From the NCBI RefSeq assembly GCF_020745735.1, contig NC_083402.1:68710004-68774003 (forward strand): a stretch of 64,000 nucleotides of DNA, written 5' to 3'. Below, piece after piece: positions 52,891 through 64,000 of this stretch (positions are counted from its first letter, which is position 1; every line of letters begins with the position of its first letter). This stretch comes from Hemiscyllium ocellatum. Its lineage: Eukaryota. The position numbers were made by a program, and so were the translations under genes. The notes beneath the pieces are model-generated. The model had not been told where the DNA came from and did not search any database. It was given only the letters and a program-made list of their open reading frames with translations.

Positions 52891-54517
52891 GTTCTTTATC
52901 TTCGGAACTGTATCCTCCAAAAATTCCAATCTTGGGTTTTACTAGGAACTCTCTGATTTTGAATGTGCTCGGAAATGTTATTTTTTAATTTCTCTTTTAA
53001 TGGATTGACAAATATTCTGACTTTAAAGGTATGCACTATTTGTTTATGATTAAATATTGTATCTGCTTGTCTTCTTATATTTAGGAATACAGTTTATTTT
53101 AAATCACTGTAAACTTTGCTAGTGATGTATGTTATTTATTAACCAGTCTTTGTTATTTCAATTTCGGAGTTGAACTGTATCAAATTCTTCTAATAAAGCT
53201 TGGAATTGTATATACTGGGTATTCTACAGTGATTTACTGTTCTAGCTTTTAAATTTCATTTTCTTGAAGAGCTCATGTATTTTTAAATGGTTTGGAATTT
53301 AAAACTTTGCAGTGTGGCAATATTCTCCTAATAAAGCTTTTACAATTCTTCTAAATGTTTTAAAAGTTGTGGAATCTTTTAAATACATTTTCTTAGTAGT
53401 GTTATTGTACCCTTCCTTATTTTAGGATTCAAAATAAAGGAATCCTGCTCCTCTTGTTTCTTTTTGGGAAGTTTCACATCTTTTTGAACAAAATGGAGGG
53501 TACATGTCATTTTCTATTTTTGGGGTGATTGGCGCATTTTTCCCCTGACAAAATAGCATATTCATACTTGTTCCACTATTAAATATGTTCTGTATTTTTC
53601 CTTGCCCATGACGTGCTTTATTCAACCTAATTGTCTTTTGCAGTGACTTGGAAGGTGAATTTTTTTGATGGTTTAAAGGAATTGACATATGTTGACTTTT
53701 ACATTTCATAAACCATGGGACCAAAAAAATCGGTTACATTGTTGCAGAAGATGATGGTCATGATAAGGGGTTAACATTCATATTACAGCGGTCCCACCCA
53801 TTCAACTGATGGTTGAGACAAGGACAAAACATAGGTGTAACAGCTCTCAGTGGTCTTCATAATTAGGCAATAAACCTTCTTGTTATCTAAGAGTACCTCT
53901 CTTGTGGATACTGTTCACTAATTGCCAGATTGCCAGATAGGCTCAAGATAAAGCAAAGACAAAGGAGAATTGGTGTCAGTAACTTATTCCAAACAACCCT
54001 TAGGCAGTTGGTAGAGGTTGCAAATTCCAGAAGATACTTGGTGTCATCATCTTGGAAAATACCACAATGATAATGTTTCAGAATGTATACCGTTTGAACA
54101 AAAGGTTGTTTAACTGACTAATTTGTTTATAATCTTTAAAAGGACAGTGTTGCTGTGGACTGTTGATCTTGCTTAATATTTTCCATTGTTTATATTAAAA
54201 AAAAGATTGCAATGGTACAATGTGTTGCCAGTTGCACCTGAGGCCAAGAAAGTGTGTATTTTTATTTGAATTGCTGCTACAGACATTTCACTGATGGCCA
54301 ACTCAGTAATGTCTGTAAATAATTCGGAGCGTGCTGTTCAATTCATCGAGTCAGCCCAAAACTGCCCATAATGCAATATAATTCAAATTTTAATACCATT
54401 TAAAATGATTAGAAGGTTTGAATTTTTAAAACACATTATAGGGACCTTACTGATGGAAAACGGTGTTTGTCGGTTCTTGTGATTTAACACAGTAACCTCT
54501 AATTGTATTTTTTCCAG

Positions 54518-55203
54518 TCAAGGAAGAAGGAGGATCCTACGCAGAGGAAGCTGGTCCATCGAGAGAACAACTCATTTGCAATGAGGATGGAGCAAGAAGT
54601 TGGACACCATCCTCAGAATCTCCAACTACCCCTAATATGCCACCCTCACTATCAGAGACATACGTTTCTCACAGGGATGCATGCCCACCACCCAATGCCA
54701 AATTAGTGAATGAATTTGAAAGGCAACTGCTTGAATCTCAAAACCAGCAGACTGTACTCTTGAGAGATTTTTGGGTAGAATTCCAGCCCCTTATGCGGGA
54801 TCTCATACAGGCAACCCGGGAGTTAGCTCATGAAACTCACTTAGTAGCTGAGCATACCCATCAGGTGGCCCAGCAGACAAAGGGAGTGGCTGAGAACACC
54901 AGAGAATTGGTGCTGCAAAACCAGCAGTTACTCCTTCACACCCAGGAAATGGCACAAAACATCTCAGAGATGCATCTGTCCTTGCAGCAGCATTTCTCCC
55001 ACACATCCCTTGAGCCACCAAGGCTCATGAGGTCCATGCTCGAACAACCAATCCACAAAACAAATTCAGAAGGCCACTCTCCCATACACCCTCCTCAGCC
55101 CCAGAGTCTAGGATCTTCTACAGTGCAGCAACCAGAAGCACTTTGTTTTGCATTAACAAGAAGGAAGTCTAGGACCCCCGAAAAGAAAAGACGATTATTC
55201 TGA
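54518..55203 (+). CDS. Myb/SANT-like protein, coding exon 2 (linker, heptad coiled coil, basic C-terminus)
   Basis: ttttttccAG acceptor at 54517; phase 1 matches exon 1 (junction A|TC AAG GAA GAA = IKEE). Open for 686 nt into ORF 54637-55203. AATAAA at 55337-55342. Spliced product 363 aa. Confidence 0.8.
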
Positions 55204-58200
55204 GGGAGACATGTGACATAGACTACAATGCGTCAAACAAAGATGTTTAATTCTTTACTGAATATATTTTTAAAATATTTTGTTATATTTTTGATTGCAA
55301 TGTATTGTTCTACTTTTTTTTCTATGTATGTATCAAAATAAAACATCACTTGTTAGTTTTGTTTCAACCATTTTTAAAGAATCTGACATAGAGCAGCATT
55401 GTGCCAAATCTGCATGACAGGAAAAGTTACTCTTGAGGTTATAAAAGTTTGATTTGTATTTATGCTATCTTCATCCCTTCTAGGTGGCACACATTACATT
55501 ATTGGATGATAGGACTAGCAATAGGTAGTTATCATGAAAAGCTAGGACACTGTTTAGATTCTTACCATTTTAAATTTGTTCACATGACATAGGTGTCATT
55601 GAGTAGGCCAGCATTTGTCTCCCATCCCCATTGTTACCAAAGCTCTGGCCTGTGCCTCTATTCCTGCAACAAAGAAAAAAGCTTTCCTCATGTTACTGGA
55701 AGTGACGTCGTAGAGTGCAGTCCTGTGTTTTGTTTCGCATAACTCTTTGAAGTTCTGGGCAGCAGCCCTCTCCTCAGAAGCCAGTAGGATGTTGGCACAT
55801 CCTTGTTGAATCCCCACTCTTCAGGCTGCCATGTGTTTGTGTGAATCACCTGATGTCACTTCCTTACCAGCCTTTTCTAATTCCCTCAGGTGAAATAATC
55901 TGAATTGAGCCAGGAGTTTGAGCTGGAGAAGGAACAGAGAATAATGGGAAAAGAAGTTTGAGCAGGTGCTAATGGATAGTTTCAGATCCAAGTTGATCTC
56001 CTCCCTCACTCCTTCATCCTCGTTCTCCTTTGTTCCCCATCATTGTTGTTTGCATGAGATAGTTGTGTCCCTATTGTCCTCATCACTGTCTTTTCCCAAC
56101 TGTGCCACCATGCTTACCTCACCCCATTGCTGATCAATCTACAGGAAAGAAGATATTAGCTGAGAATGGGATTGAAGCTTGAGGTAGGCAATGAATGGTT
56201 AAGGGGCTCAGTCTGCCTCCATCCATTTCCCAGTATCCCTGAACAGGAAGCATGCAATTGCAATATGTTTCGGTATATGTGGACCTTGTCTGACGAGAGG
56301 ACACAGGAGAGGTATCATTGCCTTCAGATATGCTAATTTAGCTTGTTAAGTTTCTTTTCAGTTTTATTGTGGTAATCCTTTCAAGAGGGGTCACATATTA
56401 CAATCAATGGAAGTACAACAGCTAGAAGGTCATGGTGTTTCACAGGGAAGTCACAATAAGTGTGTTCAACCAGTATCTCAGGCAGCAGCAATACACTTTT
56501 CGATCTGATCATCTGTGAGGAAGCAGCAGAGAACCTCCCAGTGACTAATCTATTTTAAACATTTCTCCTGAACAGACAACATTAACACCAAGTTGAAATT
56601 GGATTCTCTTTCTGGAAGTGGTGTCTGCTATGGGCAGCGGTTAGGCTTGTGGCTTTCCCATCAAACCCCACCAAACTGAGTTAATCAATAATTCACTTTA
56701 ATTGTGGCAACATGTTTTTTAGAAGCCTTTATAATCAAGATCTCATAGATATGTCGCCAATTAATAAGAAAGGAATCAAGGCAGAAAAAATTGGATTGAA
56801 TTTTTCAAACAATTTTCTTTCACTCCTCTAACTGACATGAGTCAAATTTAAATCTTCTCTCACTTGCACCTTCACATAGAACCCTTTCTCCCTCTCTACT
56901 TGGACAGCACTAATCACTTTTTGATCCCACCCTCCAGCCAGCTGTCACTTGATGCCAAGCTGAGATAAACAATTAGGCAGAAGTAGGTACTGCAGATGCT
57001 GGAGATTAGAGTGGTGCTGGAAAATCACGACAGGTCAGGCCCTCATTCCTGATGAAGGGCTTTTGCCCGAATTGTCAATTTTCCTGCTCCTCGGATGCTG
57101 CCTGACCTGCTGTGCTTTTCCAGCACCATTCTAATCTTGAGACAAACAATTGCCAACTCACAAGCAGATAAGGTTTGAAAGTTGAAATTGTCCAGGTCTC
57201 ACACTGAGAGGTCAAGGTTCAGCATTTGCCTGAATAAACATCACGTGTCTGTTTTCTACTTGTGGTTAAAAAGGGGCTTGTGTACACTTTGGTGGGACTA
57301 ATGGTTGACCAAATGCTAAGTAGCTGATGGCCCTCAGAGGGCTATACTCTTCAAATACAAAAGGAGCTATGGGGATGTCAGTTCCCAGTCATGACCCCAT
57401 AACCAGATTGCACTTGGAAGAGTTAGTTATTCTTGATGAAGGGCTTTTGCCCGAAATGCCGATTTTACTGCTCCTCGGATGCTGCCTGAACTGCTGTGCT
57501 TTTCCAGCACCACTAATCCAGAAAAGAGTTAGTTAAAGTCTAGTTGTTAATTTCAAAATGAGAAATTTGCTGTTGCCCTTAGAAGAAATGGTAGGATAGT
57601 TCCTCGTTACCTTGATCAACTCATTGAACATTTTCCAGCGCGTGGATTGAGGACACAAGGAATCTGCAAGGTAGGCTGAGTGAATGTCCAAAAATTGGCA
57701 GATGGAGTTTAATATAGGAAAGTGAGAGATTATACACTTGGTCAGGAGAAAAGGTTAGCCCAGTGCCAGTGTCTTCTCTTGGCATAAGTAGTCTTGTTAT
57801 CCATCTCAGTCCCATGGGAACAAAACAGTTTACCTGTCCGAAAAAGAGCAAAATACTGCAGATGTTGGAGATCTAAAATAAAAACAGCAAGTTCTAGTTC
57901 TGGCAGCATCTGTGGAGAGAGAAACAGAGCCCATATTTTGAGTCCAATATGACTTAGTTGGAATTCCATTTTCTACCTGTCCTGGTTACTCTTCCAAACT
58001 TGTGATGTTTATTTCAACTGATCGTTTTGTGACTATTCCTTCTATAGTTCTCCTGTGTTAGACATTCTTAGAAAATGGCACAAAGCAGTTATGGCACAAA
58101 ATAGTTATGTCACATGCTATCAAGCTGACTGAGCCAAACAATCTTTTTCTACTTTTCTGCTTGTGCCTAGCCTGTCGCTGCAATCTTCAATTAAAACTGC

Positions 58201-60519
58201 ATTTTTGAACTGTAAATTGTGATGTAATTTACAAGGAGACTACTACTGTCTATGTGGGTTTTAAGCCAAGTGTTGCTTTTTCATATACTTCAGCAAGTCA
58301 GCAATATTCTACTTTAAATATCTCTCCACACCAGCCATTATGTACCAGCGGTGTAGCCTCGCAAGAATAGAAGGGAGGACATAAAGAATCTCAAGGGGTG
58401 TAGATATGTTGAGTGAGTGGGCTAAGACTTGGCAGATGGAGTTTAACATAAGAAGGTGAGATCTTACACATTGGCAGGAAGAATCAAAGCCTGGCTATTA
58501 TTTAAGTGGAGAGAAATTGTAAAAAAAATAGTAAAGTAGGGTGAGGTGGGGAAACTGTTGAAGTCCACTGTTGAGGGAGCGGCAGTGAAGGAGGCCCACG
58601 ACCTCTATGTCCTCAGCAGAGTGCGAGGGGGAGTTGAAATGTTGGGCCACAAAGCAGTGTGGTTGATTGGTGCGGGTGTCCCAGAGATGTTCCCTAAAGC
58701 GCTCCGCTAGGAGACGTCCAGTCTCCCCAATGTAGAGACCCTAGTGAGGGGATGAGGGAGGTCATTGTGGAAGAAAGATGCAGCTGCACCTCCCTTCACT
58801 TCTGGTAGAATATCAGCAGCAGATAGATGTGACATTTAGTCAGCAAGTTAAGGACCTTAGTGAATCAGGGGTGTGGTGGTGGGAGTGTGATGTGGAATGA
58901 GTAGAGTGATGTGGAGAATCAATCGAGAATGTAATAGCTGTCCACTCTACACCATCCCATTTGATTACACACCTTTCCCCTCCCGTTCCAACTTCTAAAC
59001 TGCTTCCACTGTGTGCTCATGAAGAGGCAAAAGTGCTTTTCGTATAGCTGAACACAGATAGTTTTCACCTAATTGGTAAGGACAATTTTCATCTTCACCA
59101 TTCATTATCAATATGATCAAATTTGCAGAGTAATAGTACTCTGAGTAATTAAGAGTCATTAGTCTGAGTTGTACACATTTCTGCACTGTAAATTGTAAAA
59201 CTGGCAAGGTGCACATTTCCGAGAGTTAGGCTGCAAATTTTAATTTGCACCAAGGACTATTTCAGTATTAATGTTATTAAAATTAATATCTGCATTCATT
59301 TTATCACTTTACATGGTCTCAAAAATAACCTAGAAACCCCATTTATTATATTTGTGGTGAGCGCATAAGCAACTCTGCCTATTCTGAGTTGCTTGAAACA
59401 GAAGGTAGTCCTTTTTCTAGGTGTGTTTATTCAAAAACAAGTCTCTGGCTAGGCCACTTCAAAGGACATTATGAACGAGCAGACAGTGCATGGAGAAGCA
59501 GGTTATACAGGCCAGGATCAATGGGTTTCTTGAAGCACATTAAGCAATCCATTGTTTTATTTTGTGACAATATAGCAGATTTCATGTCAGTTTCCTTGGA
59601 TTAAGTCACAAATTATTTGATTTTGCACAGTGGAGTTTGAGGTTAGGGTATTGAGGTTAGTAACTAGTATTATAGTCAGTGTACTACTGTATGACTCAAA
59701 ATGAAGGTGAATTGTCAGAGTTTCCATGAAAAAGACAAACTGCTATTGCTTTAATGTAAAGCAAAAACTGAATGTGCTCGAGAAACTCAGAAGGTCTGGC
59801 AGTATCTGTGGAGAGAGAAACACAGTTAATTAACCTTTCAATTCATCTATCTTCATGTGCCTGTCGCATTCCCAGCTGCCTTTTGTCTGGCTGCACCTCC
59901 CTCCCATTTGTTTCTCAGCCCCCTTGGACCACGGGCTTCATTCCAGGGGTGGGCTGGGGCCTGTGCTCGAAGCGTGGATGCTCCTGATCCCTATTCTAAC
60001 CCCATCTTCAGCTTCCTTTTCGCTTGTATTGCTTGCATGTGTCTTAAAAAGGTGGTTTCTCTGTTCTCACGGCTGGAGGTTGCAAGGCAACAGATTGAAA
60101 CCTTGTAACTCCAAATTAGTATCTTTTTTTAGATTTAATTTCTGTAGGGACTTCTCAGAACTGACCAAGAGTCTATTTAATGTCCTCTTTCCATGTTTCT
60201 AGTTTGGCTAGAAACATGAAAAGAACAGGATGAAGAGTAACTTAAGAGCTGATCATTTTGAATGCTTCTCTAGGTTAACTGGAGACTGTTGATAGGGTTG
60301 GTAACAAGGTCCTATGTCCCTACAACTCTCTGAGTAGAGAAACTACCTCTGACATCTGTCCTATATCTCTCACCCCTCAATTTAAAGCTATGCCCCCTCA
60401 TGCTAGCCATCACAACCATCACTGTGTACCCAATCTAACCCTCTGATTATCTTACATGTCTCAATTAAGTCACCTCTCACTCTTCTTCTCTCTAACAAAA
60501 ACAGCCTCAGTTCCCTTGG

Positions 60520-61030
60520 CCTGGTTTTGTATTGGTTTTGTTAGGAGAGGGATTGGGTTTCAGAGCCACGAGGTCATGCTGCGGTTGTACAAAACTCTGG
60601 TGCGGCCGCACTTGGAGTATTGCATACAATTCTGGTCACCGCATTATGGGAAGGATGTGGAAGCTTTGGAAAGGGTGTAGAGGAGATTTACTAGGTAGGA
60701 AGGGAAAGTCTCACGAGGAAAGGCTAAGGGAACTGAGGCCATTTTCATTAGAGAGAAGAAGAGTGAGAGGTGACTTTATTGAGACATGTAAGATAATCAG
60801 AGGGTTAGATTGGGTGCACAGTGATAGTGGTGATGGCTAGCATGAGGGGGCAGAGCCTTAAATTGAGGGGTGATAGATATAGGACAAATGTCAGAGGTAG
60901 TTTCTTTACTCAGAGAGTTGTAGGGACATGGGACATATTGTCTGCAACAATGTTAGACTCGCCAACTTGAAGGGCAATTAAATGGTCATTGGATAAACAT
61001 ATAGATCATAATGGAATAGTGTGTGATAGA
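60520..61030 (+). mobile_element. CR1 LINE 3' fragment
   Basis: LYKTLVRPHLEYCIQFWSPHY in ORF 60456-60680, with a downstream CR1 C-terminus. Confidence 0.85.
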
Positions 61031-61034
61031 TAGG

Positions 61035-62250
61035 AGTCATAGAGTCATAGTGATATATATCATGGAAGCAGGCCCTTTGGTCCAACCCATCCATGCCGAT
61101 CAGATATCTCAACCCAATCTAGTCCCACCTGCCAGCACCAGTTCCATATATAACTCCAAACCCTTCCTATTTATATACCCATCCAAATGCCCCTTAAATG
61201 TTGCAATTGTACCAGCCTCCACCACTTCCTCTGGCAGCTCATTCCATACACGTACTACACACTGTGTGAAAACGTTGCCCCATAGGTCTCTTTTATATCT
61301 TTCCCCTCTCACCCTAAACCTATGCCCTCTAGTTCTGGACTTCCCCACCCCAGAGGAAAGACTTTGCCTATTTACTCTATCCATGCCCCTCATAATTTTG
61401 TAAAACTCTATAAGGTCACCCCTCGGCCTCCGACGTTCCAGGGAAAACAGCCCCAGCCTGTTCAGCCTCTCCCTATAGTTCAAATCCTCCAACTCTGGCA
61501 ATATCCTTGTAAATCTTTTCTGAGCCCTTTCAAGTTTCACGACATCTTTCCGATAGGAAGGAGACCAGAACTGCACACAACATTTCAACTGTGGCCTAAC
61601 CAATGTCCTGTATAGCCGCAACATGACGTCCCAACTCCTGTACTCAACATCCTGACCAAAAAAGGAAAACATACCAATACCTTCTTCACTATCCTATCTA
61701 CCTGCGACTCAACTTTCAAGGAGCTATGAACCTACACTCCAAAGTCTCTTTGTTCAACAACACTCCCTAGGACCTTACCATTAAATCCATAAGTCCTGCT
61801 AAGATTTGCTTTCCCAAATTGCAGCACCTCTCATTTACCTGAATTAAATTCCATCTGCCACTTCTCAGCCCATTGGATCTGGTCAAGATCCTGTTGTAAT
61901 CTGAAGTAACTCTCTTCACTATCCATTACACCTCCAATTTTGGTGTCATCTACAAACTTACTAACTGTATCTCTTATGCTCGCATCCAAATCATTTATGT
62001 AAATGACAAAAAGTAGAGGACCCAGCACCGATCCTTGTGGCACTCCACTGGTCACAGGCCTCCAGTCTGAAAAACAACCCTCCACCACCACACTCTGTCT
62101 TCTACCTTTGAGCCTGTTCTGAATCCAAATGGCTAGTTCTCCCTGTATTTCATGAGATCTAACTTTGCTAATCAGTCTCCCATGGGGAACCTTGTCGAAC
62201 GCCTTACTGAAGCCCATATAGATCACATCTACTGCTCTGCCCTCATCAAT
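61035..62250 (-). mobile_element. CR1 LINE 3' fragment (young)
   Basis: ORFs 61831-62226 (FSKAFDKVPH, GVPQGSVLGP) and 61109-61672. Confidence 0.93.
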
Positions 62251-62749
62251 CGGTGAGTATGGAATTTTGTGTCGGGAATCGGTTGTCAGTGTTCACTTTC
62301 TTTCAGTGGTGGAGGTGATTTCCTCAAATTCCAGGAGCAGCAATTACAGTTTTATATGCTTTTGCATTGTTTTGGAACTTTGGGGAAAAAATAAGTCAAA
62401 ACACCAGCAGTTTTAAAAGGGAGAAGAACAGACAAAGGAAGCACATGGTGTGGTCAGTGCAAGAGAGACCGAGCGAACCTGCGCAGTTACTGCTTTTGCT
62501 GTTTGAATCGTGTATTGCTGGACATCGGAGTGCATCTGGAAAAATTAACAAACAGTGAAATTCACAACTAATCTTGGAGGAACCTGTTTGGTTGAAGTTC
62601 ACAGCACAGAATCAGAGAAGTTAAGCGTTGTTTTAAGTGTGGCCTACAGAGAATCTGTAGAGTGGTTTCTTTCTTAATTATATGTTTTTTGGAGCTATGT
62701 CTCTTGATTAAACTTAAAATATAAGCCATAACTAGTAATTTAACCTGGT

Positions 62750-63970
62750 TTGGAGATGCCGGTGTTGGACTGGGGTGTACAAAGTTAAAAATCACACAAC
62801 ACCAGGTTATAGTCCAACAGGTTTAATTGGAAGCACACGAGCTTTCGGAGTGATGCTCCTTCATCAGGTGGTAGTGGAGGGCTCAATCCAACACACAGAA
62901 TTTATAGCAAAAATTTACAGTGTGATGTAACTGAAATTATTCATTGAAAAATTGATTGTCTGTTAAGCCTTTCATCTGTTAGAATACCATTAAAGTTTCA
63001 CGTCTTTCATGTGTAAATCACAAAACCTTTTTTTAAAAAGTTGCATCCTCGGGTTAGCTGTTAACAATGGGTGATAGCTAGACAATATGTTGAAGGCGTT
63101 GGCCCCCTGTGTTCTCTGTCTATGACCTGATGTTTACATTGATTCTATTTTAAAAAGTGAGATAACGGAGTTTTACATAAATTCATGCAGTTTTTGAGCT
63201 CAGAGTTCTACATGAATGCATGCAGTTTTTGAGCAAAGTACAATGTAACTCTGCAAGTACAAATTCACCCACAAAATATATGTGTGCATATGGGTCTTTG
63301 TCTGTCTGTGTGTGTCTGTCTGGGGTGGGGGTTGTGAGTGTGAGAAAGTATGTGTGTGTGTGCATGTGTAGTGAGTGCAGAGTGTCTTAAGTCTGTGAGG
63401 GGGTGCATGTGTGAGTGTGGGAGTGTGTGTATCTATAAGGGTGTGTGAGGATGTCTGTGTGTGCGTCTGTGTGTACTGTGTCCATGTGTATGTGAGAGTG
63501 TGTGTGTGTAGGAATATCTGTGTGTGTGTGTGTAGTGCAATGGTGATCACCTGTAATGTGACATTTACCCAAGGTCCCGGTTGAGGCCCTCCCTATGGGT
63601 ACTGAACTTTGCTATCAGCCTCTGCTCAGCCACATATCTCTGCTGCCTGTCCCGAAGTCTACTTTGGAGCATGGTCACCCGAAGGTCCGAGGCTGAATGT
63701 CCTGGACCACAGAAGTGTTCCCCAACTGGGAGGGAAGCCTCCTGTCTGTTGATTGTTGTGCGGTGCCCATTCATCTGTTGTCGTAGCCTTTGCTCAGTTT
63801 CCCCAATGTACCATACCTCCGGGCATCCTTGCTTGCAACTAATAAGATAGACAACGTTGGCTGAGTCACACCTGCCATGTACAAGGTGGGAGGTGTTCCC
63901 ACGCGTAATAGTGGTATCTATGTCCACAATCTGACACGTCTTGCAGCATCCACCGTGACAGGGTTGTAAT
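62750..63970 (-). mobile_element. Penelope-like element 3' end: GIY-YIG endonuclease, (CA)-rich tract, terminal repeat with hammerhead motif (62836-62870)
   Basis: ORF 63565-63927 (CDSANVVYLISC..GC....YIGETEQRLRQQMNGHR...EQRLI..F...GLNRD) is a Penelope-type GIY-YIG domain. Confidence 0.92.
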
Positions 63971-64000
63971 TTTTCAGCTCCTGGGAAGTACTAAACAACG

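Larger units (their letters stand above)
50850..52990 (-). mobile_element. Decayed Gypsy-type LTR retrotransposon gag-protease remnant, interrupted by a SINE and a Penelope fragment
   Basis: Manual minus-strand translation gives WNFWRIQFRR*RTASKLNTNSEAEQV (gag N-terminus), KLAETC...GI...LSDRLQ (gag) and TQFKLDTGGS (aspartic-protease-like, about 51355-51385). Confidence 0.65.

Noticed and set aside
55350-56600. Possible convergent HARBI1-like transposase partner for the Myb/SANT gene (ORFs 55596-55817 and 55821-56009)
   Set aside because: No DDE/Harbinger motifs recognisable by eye. A tBLASTn search with Harbinger transposases would be needed to exclude a highly decayed remnant.
63183-63572. 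His/Thr-rich ORFs
   Set aside because: Translations of a degenerate (CA)n tract in the Penelope 3' region.

Overview
Eukaryotic, repeat-rich vertebrate DNA, inferred to be shark/elasmobranch from HE1-type SINEs, abundant CR1 LINEs and Penelope elements. Three host genes can be reconstructed by hand with phase-consistent GT-AG junctions. (1) PGGT1B exons 1-2 on the minus strand; the gene runs off the left edge. (2) A complete 10-coding-exon CCDC112 on the minus strand (38170->22060, 495 aa). (3) An intact two-exon Myb/SANT-like (Harbinger-type) gene on the plus strand (38851-39256 + 54518-55203, 363 aa), head-to-head with CCDC112 across a 680-bp interval holding a 35-bp NRF1-like minisatellite and a CTCF-like site. 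I do not recognise gene 3 from the human PGGT1B-CCDC112-FEM1C neighbourhood. Its intron holds a nested insertion: an HE1 SINE is split by a full-length Tx1-clade LINE whose 5' end is a U2 snRNA fragment lacking most of the branch-point-pairing sequence, and that LINE's ORF1 is split by a second Tx1 copy with an 8-bp TSD. Penelope-derived repeats carry three families of minimal hammerhead-ribozyme motifs, one pair inside a perfect 194-bp palindrome. Gene identities come from recalled protein similarity, not database searches. Boundaries of old repeats are approximate.
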